DNA of 53,337 bases, taken from IMG/VR virus record IMGVR_UViG_3300032892_000071, positions 1-53,337 of that record. One strand, written 5' to 3'. Positions 1 through 10,060 of this stretch are shown here, one piece after another. Position numbers and translations under genes: made by a program. The DNA comes from a virus (lineage: Duplodnaviria > Caudoviricetes). Every line of letters begins with the position of its first letter. The first letter of the stretch is position 1. The notes beneath the pieces were generated by a model. That model was not told the origin of the DNA, made no database searches, and saw only the letters and a list, made by a program, of their open reading frames with translations.

Positions 1-90
1 GGCCGGCGTGGGTCCAGGCCCGGAAATGCCCGCAGGAATGGTTCCGCCCCCGCCCCTGAAACCACCCAGTTCGACAATGGGAGGCGGCCC

Positions 91-3000
91 GTGGCGCAGC
101 AGTACTTCTACACCTCCGACGCCGTCCAGACGTCCCTGTCCGCGTCCCTCGGCGCCGTCTCGGCGCCGTCCACCGGGCAGACGGTGCAGGTCGCGTCGAT
201 CGCCGGGTGGCCCACCCAGTTCCCGGCGCCGATGCTGCTCGAGTGGGGCACCGTCAACCAGGAACGGGTCACGCTGACGCAGGCGGCGACCGGCAGCGGG
301 CCGTACACGTTCGCGAACTGTATCCGCGGTGATGACGGCACCGCGGCGCCGGCGCACACCGCCGGGGCGCAGGTCAACCATGGCGTGTCGGCCCGGGATT
401 TCTTCCAGATCGCACCGGTCTACAACGTGTGCGCCTACGGCGCCGACCCCACCGGGGTCAGCACGACATCCGACGCAGGCATCCAGGCAGCTTTGAACGC
501 CTGCTCGGCCGCAGGCGGCGGCACCGTCTACCTGGCACCCGGCCTGTACCAGATCTCCCAGACACTGCAAATCCACTCGGACACCACACTGCGGGGCGCG
601 GGGATGGGCGCCACCACAATCCGGTCAAAAAACAACTGGTCACCCACCCAGGTTGACGCCATAACCGGCGCCTGCATCCTCGCGTCGTACGGCAACACGA
701 CGGCGTCGCGGATAACCGTCGCCGACATGACCCTGGACGGCAACGAAAGCAACAACCTGACAATCCCGTCCTGGGCGGCTTCTTCCCCGGAGTGCTCACC
801 TGTCGGCATCGGCTACACGGACGACTTGTTCGTCCAGGACATCGAAGTCATCAATAGCGTCGGGCGCGCGATCTACCTGACGTCATGCACGCATTTCAGC
901 GTGACCGGCTGCCGTGTCGTGACGGGACAGGTCTACGTCGGGTTCAACCAGCAGGACGGCATACACGTGCTGAACTGCCAGTACGGCGTCATCAGCGGCA
1001 ACAACGTAGATACCGGCACGATCACCAACGCCGGGCAGGGCGTTGGGGACGACGGCATAGCGATGCGGCAGTACATCAGCTCAGCAGACTTGGTGAGCGA
1101 CGTCACGGTGACGGGCAACGTGATCCGGTCGGCCACGCGCGGGATAACGATGGACCTGGGCGGCGGCGGCGAACACAACATCACGATCTCGGGTAACGAC
1201 ATTTACGGGACCAACAACGACGGCATCAGGCTCGACTACATAATCAACCCGTCTACCACGGTGACCAACGTCGCGATCACCGGGAACACGATGTCGAACA
1301 TCGGCGCGATCAACGGCGGGGCTGTCTCCATAAACGGTCCAGAAACTTCGGCCACTGCCGGCTGGCACGACTGGGTGATCTCCGGTAACACCGTCTCCAG
1401 CATCCTCAACACCAGCGTCGGGATCTACGCGATGAACGGCTCCATGCTGGTGTGCACAGGCAACGTCCTCGACGGCCTGTCCTGCGTCAAAGGCATCCAG
1501 GTCGGCGACATCGGCACGACCTCCTGGCCGGTCACGAACTTCCAGGTGACCGGCAACACGGTCAACTTGTCGGCGTCGGCGCAGACGGCGGTGTACGGGA
1601 TCGCCGTCTACGATTCGTCCACCGGCTGCGTCACCGGTAACACGCTGATCGGGAACTCCTCCGCAGGGTCGGCCGGGGTGCGGGTAGCGAGCGTCGACAC
1701 CGCCTGCACCGGTGTCGCCGTCGACGGCAACACCATGACGGGTTTCGCGACCGGGATCACCGAGGACAACGCCGGGGCGCAGCCGGACTACAACACTTAC
1801 ACCTCAAACAACACGCACGGCTGCACCGCCGGGGTGAACGCCACAGGGGCGCACAGCACGGTGTCTGGGAACAGCGGCCAGATCGCACTGGTCTACAACG
1901 TGTGCGCCTACGGCGCCGACCCCACCGGCACGGCCAATTCGACGGCGGCGATCCAGGCCGCGATCAACGCCGCGCACACGTCCGCCGCCGCAGGCGGGAC
2001 CGTTTCCTTCCCCCCGGGCACGTTCGAGATCTCGTCCACGCTGACTCTCTACCCGAACGTCGATCTCACCGGAGCCGGCTCGGGGGCGACGGTCATCAGC
2101 CAGACGTCTACGTCGGCGAACGGGATCAGCGCAGTCGACTTGCAGTCGAACACGCTGTCGGGGTTCACTCTCAACGGGCCCGGGTCGGGCACCGGTATCG
2201 GGTTCAGCTCGGCGCTGTCGGCGAACCCGGCGCAGGGGAACCTGAACTTCACCGACGTGCAGGCCCAGAGTTTCGGCTCCCACGGGTTCGACATCCAGAA
2301 CGCGATCGCGTCCCGGTTTGAGTGCGTCCAGTCCACCACGAACGGCGGTCACGGGTTCTACATCCGGGGCACCACCTCGGGCGCGTCGGGCACGTCGTGC
2401 ACGTTCGTGTCGTGCTACGCGAACACGAACAACCTGATCGGGTTCTGGATCTACAACATGACGTACTGCGCGCTTGACGCATGCGCGGCGGATACCTGCG
2501 GCGTCGGCTACCAGATCGACAGCTGCCAGGGCGTCGCCCTCACCGCGTGCGGCGCGGAGGGGATCGTCGCGAAGAACGGCTACGACGGCACCTCGTTCAA
2601 GGTCACAGGCTCGTTCGGGGTCACGCTTAACACCTGCTGGACGTATCAGAACGATGCGGTCGCGTTCTGGGTCACCAGCGGTTCCACGTCCGTGTGCCTG
2701 ATCGCCCCGTACGAGAACAGCCCGCTCGGCGGGGCGACCGCGTCGGTGAAAACGGATGCGGGCACAATGTCGACGATCATCGGCGTGCAGAACGCGACCG
2801 CGACCGCGCTCACCTCCAACACCTATAACGAGCTGAACGACGGCACCACCGGGGAGTGGACCGTCGCGGGCACCGGTTACCTGTCCACGACCAACGTCTA
2901 CGGCAACCTGAACGTGGCGACCGCCGGCAGCGGGCTGCAGGTGGCGGAGGGGTCGAACGCGAAGCAGGGCACCGCCGTTCTCAACGGCACCACCGCGGTC

Positions 3001-3180
3001 GTGGTGTCCAACACCTCGGTCACCGCCAGCTCGCGGATTTTCCTGACGATCAACACGCCCGGCGGTACTCCCGCCAGCCCGTACGTGTTCGCCAGGTCGG
3101 CGGGGACGAGCTTCAGCATCAAGTCGACGGGGGCGTCGGACACCAGCACCGTCGCGTACGAGATTTTCGAACCCGGGTAA
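91..3180 (+). CDS. tailspike/fibre-like virion protein with two tandem right-handed beta-helix (pectate-lyase-like) domains
   Basis: GGGAGG RBS before GTG 91; two 'VYNVCAYGADPTG...AIQAAxNA...GGTV' pectate_lyase_3-type starts; many 'I(T/S)GN' beta-helix rungs; short C-terminal beta domain. Confidence 0.8.
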   Translation: MAQQYFYTSDAVQTSLSASLGAVSAPSTGQTVQVASIAGWPTQFPAPMLLEWGTVNQERVTLTQAATGSGPYTFANCIRGDDGTAAPAHTAGAQVNHGVSARDFFQIAPVYNVCAYGADPTGVSTTSDAGIQAALNACSAAGGGTVYLAPGLYQISQTLQIHSDTTLRGAGMGATTIRSKNNWSPTQVDAITGACILASYGNTTASRITVADMTLDGNESNNLTIPSWAASSPECSPVGIGYTDDLFVQDIEVINSVGRAIYLTSCTHFSVTGCRVVTGQVYVGFNQQDGIHVLNCQYGVISGNNVDTGTITNAGQGVGDDGIAMRQYISSADLVSDVTVTGNVIRSATRGITMDLGGGGEHNITISGNDIYGTNNDGIRLDYIINPSTTVTNVAITGNTMSNIGAINGGAVSINGPETSATAGWHDWVISGNTVSSILNTSVGIYAMNGSMLVCTGNVLDGLSCVKGIQVGDIGTTSWPVTNFQVTGNTVNLSASAQTAVYGIAVYDSSTGCVTGNTLIGNSSAGSAGVRVASVDTACTGVAVDGNTMTGFATGITEDNAGAQPDYNTYTSNNTHGCTAGVNATGAHSTVSGNSGQIALVYNVCAYGADPTGTANSTAAIQAAINAAHTSAAAGGTVSFPPGTFEISSTLTLYPNVDLTGAGSGATVISQTSTSANGISAVDLQSNTLSGFTLNGPGSGTGIGFSSALSANPAQGNLNFTDVQAQSFGSHGFDIQNAIASRFECVQSTTNGGHGFYIRGTTSGASGTSCTFVSCYANTNNLIGFWIYNMTYCALDACAADTCGVGYQIDSCQGVALTACGAEGIVAKNGYDGTSFKVTGSFGVTLNTCWTYQNDAVAFWVTSGSTSVCLIAPYENSPLGGATASVKTDAGTMSTIIGVQNATATALTSNTYNELNDGTTGEWTVAGTGYLSTTNVYGNLNVATAGSGLQVAEGSNAKQGTAVLNGTTAVVVSNTSVTASSRIFLTINTPGGTPASPYVFARSAGTSFSIKSTGASDTSTVAYEIFEPG
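405..1928 (+). repeat. 51-bp direct repeat pair (405-455 and 1878-1928) at the start of each beta-helix domain
   Basis: CCAGATCGCAC(C/T)GGTCTACAACGTGTGCGCCTACGGCGCCGACCCCACCGG, one mismatch, offset 1473 nt (in frame). Confidence 0.9.
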
Positions 3181-3223
3181 GCAGGCCGGGTCGCGCCCGC
3201 CCGCCGGAATGATTCCGGCGCCG

Positions 3224-3997
3224 CTAGCGGGGCCTTTTCACCAGGAGCCTGTGCCGCTCACGGTGACACTCGTCACAGAGTGAGATTAGGTTCGACGGGT
3301 CGTTGTTGAACTTGTTTGTGTCGATGTGGTGGACATGCAGGCCGGTGCCCCAATGGGTTCGCTGTTTGCCGCAGTCCCGGCAGGTCCACTTATCGCGGTA
3401 CCGGATGTTCCGGGAAATCCGTTTCCACTCGGGCGCGTAGTCCCATTCAGCTACGCCTCCTTTCCACGCCGGGTTCAGCGGGCCGGCCTGCCGCCCGATA
3501 TGGGCGTCTGACATGTCCCGCCGCTTGATGCCGAGCAAGTCCATGTAGTAGAAGATGGTCTGTATGGTCACGTCATGCTCGGCCGCTATCTCGGCTAGCG
3601 TGCGCCGTTTGCCGACGTATTGCTCGTAGAGCCACGCTTCCTGCTTGTACGGCGCGGCCGGATGGTAGTGCCCTGTCACGTAACGGTTCCAGCGGTTCTT
3701 GCGCCGGTTCCACGCGGTTCGCTCTCCGCACCCGCAGGTGCAGGCAGGGGCATCTGATACCGGAACGTTCTTGACTGGCTTGCATGCTTTTCCGCCCGAA
3801 TGCGATTCCCGCGCGGAGCGGATTTCCACACCCCGCAGCCGCAGCCATCGGTAGAGAGTCTGCGGCCGTACGCCGTAGTCGCGTGCTATTATTACCGTTC
3901 CTTCCCATGTTCCATCCGGCAGCCTGGTCGTATAGCGTCTGACGATCTCGTCGACCTGCGCAGGCGTGAGTTTTCGGCGACGTTCTCCAGTAAGCAT
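3224..3997 (-). CDS. free-standing HNH homing endonuclease with N-terminal HTH-like repeats
   Basis: C-terminal CRDC...LHVHHIDTNKFNNDPSNLISLCDECH HNH motif; NPAWKGG motif; antisense to the operon. Confidence 0.85.
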   Translation of the reverse strand: MLTGERRRKLTPAQVDEIVRRYTTRLPDGTWEGTVIIARDYGVRPQTLYRWLRLRGVEIRSARESHSGGKACKPVKNVPVSDAPACTCGCGERTAWNRRKNRWNRYVTGHYHPAAPYKQEAWLYEQYVGKRRTLAEIAAEHDVTIQTIFYYMDLLGIKRRDMSDAHIGRQAGPLNPAWKGGVAEWDYAPEWKRISRNIRYRDKWTCRDCGKQRTHWGTGLHVHHIDTNKFNNDPSNLISLCDECHRERHRLLVKRPR

Positions 3998-4054
3998 TAA
4001 TACATACTAGTGCACCATGCTTTAAAGTGTGGCGCAAAGGAGGTGGTGCTGGGA

Positions 4055-5750
4055 GTGAAGATGTTGATAAACTCCAATTTACGCCCCTTTTCTTAAGACC
4101 GGCTACGGTATTCAGACGGCGCAGCTGGTGCGGAGGCTCACCAAAGCCGGGCACGAGGTGTCCATCAGCTCGCCGTACTCGTTTTTCGGGAACGCGTTCA
4201 ACTGGGAAGGCCACACCGTCCTCCCCGGCGGCCTCGACGCCTTCGGCTCCGATGTCATCGACGCCCACTACCGCTACGTGAACGCGGACCTCCTCATCAC
4301 CTTGTGCGACGTGTTCGCCATGGACGCCAAAAAACTCAAAGGACTCAACGTCGCGCACTGGATGCCCGTCGACTCCAACCCGCTCGGCGCGATGGACAAA
4401 ATCAAGCTTGAGCAGTCCGGCGGCACCCCAATCGCGTTCAGCAGGTTCGGTGAGGACAAACTCCGCGAAGCAGGCTGGGAACCTCTCTACGCCCCCCACG
4501 GCATCGACACCGCAGTGTTCAAGCCCCCCGCCGACCGGGACAAGCTGCGGGAAGACATGGGCATCAGCGCGAACACCTTCCTCATCGGCGTCTGCGCGAT
4601 CAACAAGGACGCCGGTAACCGGAAAGCGCTGCCGGAGCAGATGCTTGCGTTCGCCCGGTTCCACAACCGGCACCCCAACAGCAGGCTCGTCATCCACTCG
4701 GTGATCAACGCGAAGCAGATCGGCGGGATCAACCTCCAGTCCATCGCCGGGAGCCTCGGCATCGCCGACGCGGTCATGTTCCCCGACCAGCACGCCTACA
4801 CGTGCGGGCTGATCGGCGAAGAGTCGATGGTGGAATGGTTCGGCTGCCTCGACCTGTACTCCGGCTGCTCCCTCGCCGAAGGGTTCGGCCTGCCGTCCCT
4901 CGAGGCGCAAGCCTGCGGCGTGCCCGTCGTCGTCACCGACGGGTCCGCGATGTCGGAACTGTGCGGGCCGGGATGGAAAGTCAAAGGCGAACCGTACTGG
5001 TCACCAGGGCACGAGGCGTGGTGGATCCGCCCTTCCGTCAAAGGGATCCTCGACGCCTACGAGGAGGCGTACGAGGCGTGGCCGCTGGACAGCACACGTT
5101 CCAAAGCGGCCCGCGAGTTCGCCCTCCAGTACGACGCCGACGCGGTGTTCGATCAGTACTGGCGGCCGGTCCTGCGCCAGCTGGAGCAGATGGTGGAAAG
5201 CGCCGCGGTGTCGCGGGCGCCGAAGACCGCGACCGACTTGCAGGCCGACTACGAGGACCGCTGGTCACGGCCGTCGGACATGCAGCATTACATGCCGATC
5301 CTCCACGAGACCGCGCTGCGGTTCCCGGACGTCCAGGTCACCGAGCTCGGTGTCCGCGGCGGCGAGTCGACGTCCGCGTTCCTCGCCGCCGCCGAGAAGG
5401 TGGACGGGCACGTGTGGTCCGTCGACGTGGAGGAGCCGAAGGTCCCCGGCTACTGGGCCCGGACCGGCCGGTGGGAACTCACCGTCGCCGACGACCTCGA
5501 CGTCGAGCCGAAACTCTGCGACGTGCTGTTCATCGACACATCCCACGAGTACGAGCACACTTTGGCGGAGCTGCGGAAGTTCGTCCCGGCGGTGCTGCCC
5601 GGCGGGGTGGTCCTGTGCCACGACACGCTGAACTGGCCCGGCGACGGCGTCGCCAGAGCCCTCGACACCTACTGCGCCGAGGAGGGCCTGGAGTGGGAGG
5701 AGATCGGGCACGGCCGCTACGGCCTGGGCCGGATCACCATCCCCGGCTAG
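4055..5750 (+). CDS. GT4-type glycosyltransferase fused to a class I SAM methyltransferase; apparent frameshift near 4079-4082
   Basis: PHGID and EGFGLPSLEAQACGVPVV GT-B motifs; C-terminal ELGVRGGES...LFIDTSHEYE...GGVVLCHD; N-terminus MKMLINSN (4055) is out of frame with APFLKTGYG (4083). Confidence 0.8.
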
Positions 5751-6769
5751 ATCGCCCCCGCCCGGATGGCCTGCTCCACCCACGGGATGACCTCGTCCAG
5801 CATCGCGCTGAGCGTCGTCGTGGCCCTGAACCCGAGGACCGTGCGGGCCTTCAGCGTCGACGGGACGCGGCGCTGCACGTCGTGGGCGAACGGCGGGTCG
5901 GACACGTAGCGCAGCGGCACCGGGCCTTTGACCTTCGCCCAGATCAGCGCGGCCAGCTCGAGGACCGTTGTGCCGGCGGCGGTGGCGAGGTTGAAGTCGT
6001 CCCCGCTGCGGGGGTGCTCCATCGCGGCCACGACGCCGTTGGCGAGGTCACCGCCGTAGGTGTAGTGCCGCACCTGCGACCCGTCGCCGAGGATGTGCAA
6101 AGGGTCCTGCCCTTTCAGGACCTTCTGCGCGAGGTCGGGGACGACGTGGGACATGGCGAGTTTCACGTTGCCGGACATGACGTCCGCGCCGCCGAGCGCC
6201 CGCTGTTCCCCTACGCCGACGCAGTTGAACGGCCGCACGATCGTGTACGGCAGCCCGTACTGTTCCCACGCGGCGCGGGCGAAGTACTCGACCGCCAGTT
6301 TCTGGAAACCGTAGGAGGACAGCGGCGGCGGGATCGCCAGCTCCGACCCCTCCGTGGAGGGCCAGCTGGTGGCGGACTCGTACACCATCGACGACGACAG
6401 CCAGGTGACTTTCCGCAGCCTGCCGCGGCGGCGGGCGTGGATGGCGGCGTCGCAGGTGGCGGCGGTGATCCGCTCGTTGGCGGCCATCAGGTCGTACGGG
6501 TAGGCGTGGAAGTAGGAAATCCCGCCGATCTTCGCCGCGCCGGCGATGATGTGGTCCGCTTCGGACGCGAGGGCCTGCATCGTCGCGGGGTCGGCGGCGT
6601 CGCCTTCGACGAGGCGGTACCGCGGGTGCGTGTCGTAGGACTTTGTAACCGGCCCGTACTTGGACAGGTCGTCGAGGCCGGTCACCTCGTAGCCGCGGTG
6701 GAGGAGTTCGGCGACGATGTAGCCGCCGATGAACCCGGCGGCGCCGGTCACCAGCACCCGGACGCTCAA
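5747..6769 (-). CDS. NAD-dependent nucleotide-sugar epimerase/dehydratase (extended SDR)
   Basis: VLVTGAAGFIG, SSSMVY, YGFQK (YxxxK), RPFNCVG; TTG start at 6769 overlaps the upstream TGA. Confidence 0.88.
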   Translation of the reverse strand: MSVRVLVTGAAGFIGGYIVAELLHRGYEVTGLDDLSKYGPVTKSYDTHPRYRLVEGDAADPATMQALASEADHIIAGAAKIGGISYFHAYPYDLMAANERITAATCDAAIHARRRGRLRKVTWLSSSMVYESATSWPSTEGSELAIPPPLSSYGFQKLAVEYFARAAWEQYGLPYTIVRPFNCVGVGEQRALGGADVMSGNVKLAMSHVVPDLAQKVLKGQDPLHILGDGSQVRHYTYGGDLANGVVAAMEHPRSGDDFNLATAAGTTVLELAALIWAKVKGPVPLRYVSDPPFAHDVQRRVPSTLKARTVLGFRATTTLSAMLDEVIPWVEQAIRAGAI

Positions 6770-7941
6770 ATCAGGGTCCCTTGCCCGCGGAGGCCCCAGA
6801 TGTCGATGACCGGCTTGGTGGTTTCGGTGTCGGCGTACTGCGGGTGCGGCGCGCCGATGATGAGCAGGTCGGCGAGTTCGAGGACGGTGGCGAGCGGCAG
6901 CAGCGTGTCGTCTTTCACGTAGGGGTCGGTGCGGACGACGGCGCACCCGGCGGTCTCGAGCTGCCGCTGCAGCTCGGCGGCGAGGCTGGACCGGGGGTCG
7001 TCGCTGCCTGCTTTGAACGCGGTGCCGAGGATCCCGACCGTCATGCGGTTCAGGCCGTACCGTTTCGCGGCGCGGGCGGCGACGTAGGCGGGCATGCCCT
7101 TGTTGACGGCGACCGCGACGAGCCCGAGCCAGAAGGTGCGGCCGCCGCCGGCGTACGCGGTGAGCATCTTGGTGTCTTTCGGCAGGCACGGCCCCGCGGT
7201 GAACCCGGCCGGTGGCAGGTCGGCGGCGCGGGGGTAGTCCTGGGTGACGGCGCGGCGGATCTGCTCAAAGTCTAGGCCCGCGTCTGAGGCGATCTGGAAG
7301 AACTGGTTCGCGGCGGCGAACTTGAGGTACCGCCAGGCGTTGGTGAACAGTTTCGCCAGCTCCGCTTCCGGGGGGCGGACGTGGATGATGCGGTGCGTGA
7401 GCTGCCGGAACAGTTTTTCGGCCCGCTGGGCGGCGCCGGGGGTGACGCCGCCGATGATCTGCGGCAGGCGGGGCAGTTCGCCCATGGCGCGGCCTTCGGC
7501 GATCCGTTCCGGGCAGCACGCCACGTCCATCGCCCACAGGTGGGCGAACCGTTCGGTTGTGCCGGGGGCGACGGTGGACCGCAGCACCAGCAGCTGCCCG
7601 CCGGGCAGCAGGCGGGAGCGGCAGCCGGCCAGCGCCGTGAACGGGTCGAGCTTGCCTTCGGCGGCGCCGATCGCGACGATCACATGCTCGGCGCCTTCGA
7701 TGACCGCGGGGTCGGCTGACAGGGTCAGGCGGCCCGCAGTCAGGGCCCGGCGGAGGGCTTCTTCCGCTCCGGCTTCGCGGAACGGCATCCGGCCCGCGGC
7801 GACTTGGCTGACGGCGGCTGTGTCGGTGTCGTAGACGGCGACCTGCAGCCCCCGGTCGGCGAACGCGACCGCGAGGGGGAGGCCGACGTGGCCGCAGCCG
7901 CCGATGACGGCGACGTCGCGGGCCCATCTGGTGTCCGGCAT
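6766..7941 (-). CDS. UDP-glucose/GDP-mannose/UDP-ManNAc dehydrogenase family
   Basis: GGCGHVGLP, LRSTVAPGTT, CPERIAEG, AELAKLFTN, GPCLPKD (catalytic Cys), GTAFKAGSDDPRSS. Confidence 0.9.
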   Translation of the reverse strand: MPDTRWARDVAVIGGCGHVGLPLAVAFADRGLQVAVYDTDTAAVSQVAAGRMPFREAGAEEALRRALTAGRLTLSADPAVIEGAEHVIVAIGAAEGKLDPFTALAGCRSRLLPGGQLLVLRSTVAPGTTERFAHLWAMDVACCPERIAEGRAMGELPRLPQIIGGVTPGAAQRAEKLFRQLTHRIIHVRPPEAELAKLFTNAWRYLKFAAANQFFQIASDAGLDFEQIRRAVTQDYPRAADLPPAGFTAGPCLPKDTKMLTAYAGGGRTFWLGLVAVAVNKGMPAYVAARAAKRYGLNRMTVGILGTAFKAGSDDPRSSLAAELQRQLETAGCAVVRTDPYVKDDTLLPLATVLELADLLIIGAPHPQYADTETTKPVIDIWGLRGQGTLI

Positions 7942-7972
7942 GGAAAGAGAGCCTAGCTAGTGACTGATCCTG

Positions 7973-8668
7973 ATGCGTGATCTGCTTGTTGTGGTCCCGT
8001 CGCGGGGCAGGCCGGGGAACGTGGCCCGGCTGGTGCGGGCGGTCGCCGCCACGTCGCAGGCGCGGACCGACGTCGTGTTCGGTTTCGACGACGACGACCC
8101 GTCGCTGCGCAAGTCGGCGCTGGCAGCGGTGTCGGCGGACGTGCAGGTGAAAGTCGTGACCGGGCCGCGGCGGGGCCTGGCGGAGTGGACGAATGTTCTC
8201 GCGCTGGCCGCCGCGGATTTCTACCCGGCGCTGGCGTCGTTCGGGGACGACCACGTGCCGCAGACCCCCGGCTGGGACAAGCTGCTCCTCGACGCGATCG
8301 AAGGCATGGGCGGGACCGGGATCTCCTACCCGAACGACCAGGTCCGCGCCGACGTGTGCGAGGCGTGGGTCATGTCGTCCGGCATTGTGCGGGCGCTCGG
8401 CTGGATGTGCGAACCCAGCCTCGCGCACTGGTATGTCGACAACGTGATCCACGACCTGGGCACCCGCGCCGGGTGCCTGCAGTACCTGCCGGATGTGATC
8501 GTGCGGCACAACCATCCCGCTGCCGGGCGCGGCCAGTTCGACAAGACGTATTTCGACGCGTACGAGGGCCTGCATGATGACCGCCGCGCGTACGAGGCGT
8601 GGTGCGCCACCCGCCGCAGCGCCGACGTGGCGAAGGTGCGGGCGCTCCGCGGGAAAGCCCGGGCGTAG
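7973..8668 (+). CDS. GT-A (GT2-like) glycosyltransferase
   Basis: VVVPSRGRP start, GDDH DxD-like motif, HWYVDN, late HNH motif. Confidence 0.75.
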   Translation: MRDLLVVVPSRGRPGNVARLVRAVAATSQARTDVVFGFDDDDPSLRKSALAAVSADVQVKVVTGPRRGLAEWTNVLALAAADFYPALASFGDDHVPQTPGWDKLLLDAIEGMGGTGISYPNDQVRADVCEAWVMSSGIVRALGWMCEPSLAHWYVDNVIHDLGTRAGCLQYLPDVIVRHNHPAAGRGQFDKTYFDAYEGLHDDRRAYEAWCATRRSADVAKVRALRGKARA

Positions 8669-8669
8669 G

Positions 8670-10040
8670 TTGTTCGGCGGATTCGCGCTCGGGCCGTGGC
8701 GGCAATGCAACGCCGTCACGCCCGTGGTCACCGCGACCGAGACCGGGCCCGGCATCCAGGACGGGATCGCGCTCACAGTCACCGTGCTCAACGGCGCGGC
8801 GATTACGGTCAGCGGGCCGACATACCAGTCGTCATTCACGGCCGGCGCGGCAGGTTCAGCGAACGCCGCCGCCCCGGCCGAAGTGACGCTCATCCCGCAA
8901 GGCACCGGGTCGCTCATCTACGGGGCGGTCAACCGCATCAACATGGCATCCGCATGGACACCCGCCGCCGGCACGGTCTTCAGCCAGAACGTCGCCGACA
9001 CGGTTAACGGCGCCTCCTACGGCACATTCCGCAGCGGCACCGGCACGGCGCCCACCCTGGCCGCCTCCTATCCGGTGTACGACATCAGCGCAGACGCGGC
9101 GTCGCTGGTCACCGGCTCGTTCACCCCGTCCGCCGGGGACATCCTGGTCGTCAAGGTCCTGACACCCGGCGATACGGCCCGGCCGTCCGGGCCGCCGTCC
9201 GGCGGCGGCCTGGCCTACACGCAGCAAGTCTGGGACGACCCGTCCGCATGGGCCTACGCCAGCATCTGGACATCCTCGCCGGTCGGGTCCTCGCCGTCGG
9301 CGATGACGGTGACGGTGCCGTTCACCGGATCCATCGAGCAGCATTCGATGGTGGTGGAACGATGGTCCGGGGCGCAGATCGCGACAGTGCCGAACACGGA
9401 CGACGATCGGATGACCACTGCTGCCGCCACTCAGATCAGCGCCCAGCCGTCATCGGCGGTCTCGTGGTGCGAAGTAGACTACAACGCCGTTGATGGCAGC
9501 GGGCGCACCTACGCGACGACGTCGGCGACCCCCGCCGAGGACGGGTACACCTACACCGCTGCGGTCTACACGGCCTATTACGCCACCCAGATGGCCGCCG
9601 CGGGAACGATCCAGAACTTTGGCGTCACCTCCCCCAGCGTGGGCGTTAAGGACACCGCCCTCGGGATCGAGATCCTGGGCGTTCTCAGCGGCGGCACCAC
9701 GACAGCAGGCACCCCGGTCACCGTCGGGGCTACCGACGGTGACGGCGCGGGCGGCGCCTACGGCGGTGTCGCCGCCGTCGAAATCCCCGCTACTGGTGTC
9801 TTGTCGCAGGACCTGTCAACGCCGTCGCCCGTGATCAACTTTTCGGACATCACCGTGTCGACGGGCCGGTTCTGCCCGCCGATGGGCTCGCTGCTCGTCG
9901 CAACGGTGGCCACCGCCGGCGGCACGGGCGTGAGCGTGACCGATGACAACGGGATGCTGTCCTGGCGGGAACTGTCCCGTCAGGCGTCCGGCATGTCCGG
10001 CTACGCCGGGGTGTGGGGCGCCGTTGTCGTCTGCGGCTGA
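8670..10040 (+). CDS. virion beta-sandwich protein, paralogue of the N-terminal part of tail protein 42713-44647
   Basis: TTG start just after the GT stop; shares GS(L/V)(I/V)YGA, NVADTVN, PPxGSLLVA and GY(A/V)GVW blocks with 42713. Confidence 0.6.
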   Translation: MFGGFALGPWRQCNAVTPVVTATETGPGIQDGIALTVTVLNGAAITVSGPTYQSSFTAGAAGSANAAAPAEVTLIPQGTGSLIYGAVNRINMASAWTPAAGTVFSQNVADTVNGASYGTFRSGTGTAPTLAASYPVYDISADAASLVTGSFTPSAGDILVVKVLTPGDTARPSGPPSGGGLAYTQQVWDDPSAWAYASIWTSSPVGSSPSAMTVTVPFTGSIEQHSMVVERWSGAQIATVPNTDDDRMTTAAATQISAQPSSAVSWCEVDYNAVDGSGRTYATTSATPAEDGYTYTAAVYTAYYATQMAAAGTIQNFGVTSPSVGVKDTALGIEILGVLSGGTTTAGTPVTVGATDGDGAGGAYGGVAAVEIPATGVLSQDLSTPSPVINFSDITVSTGRFCPPMGSLLVATVATAGGTGVSVTDDNGMLSWRELSRQASGMSGYAGVWGAVVVCG

Positions 10041-10060
10041 AAGGGGGAGGCGTGCGGCCT

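Noticed and set aside
4802-6922. Long alternative-frame ORFs (e.g. 4802-6922 +, 3573-4910 -, 7265-8917 -, 10226-11902 -, 36774-38438 -, 40959-42524 -)
   Set aside because: Shadow frames of real genes expected at high GC; no motifs or initiation signals
5747-7960. CTAG at both ends of the inverted sugar cassette (and of HNH 3224-4010) as an IS-type target duplication
   Set aside because: Four-base matches explained by stop codons and -10 boxes; no transposase or terminal inverted repeats
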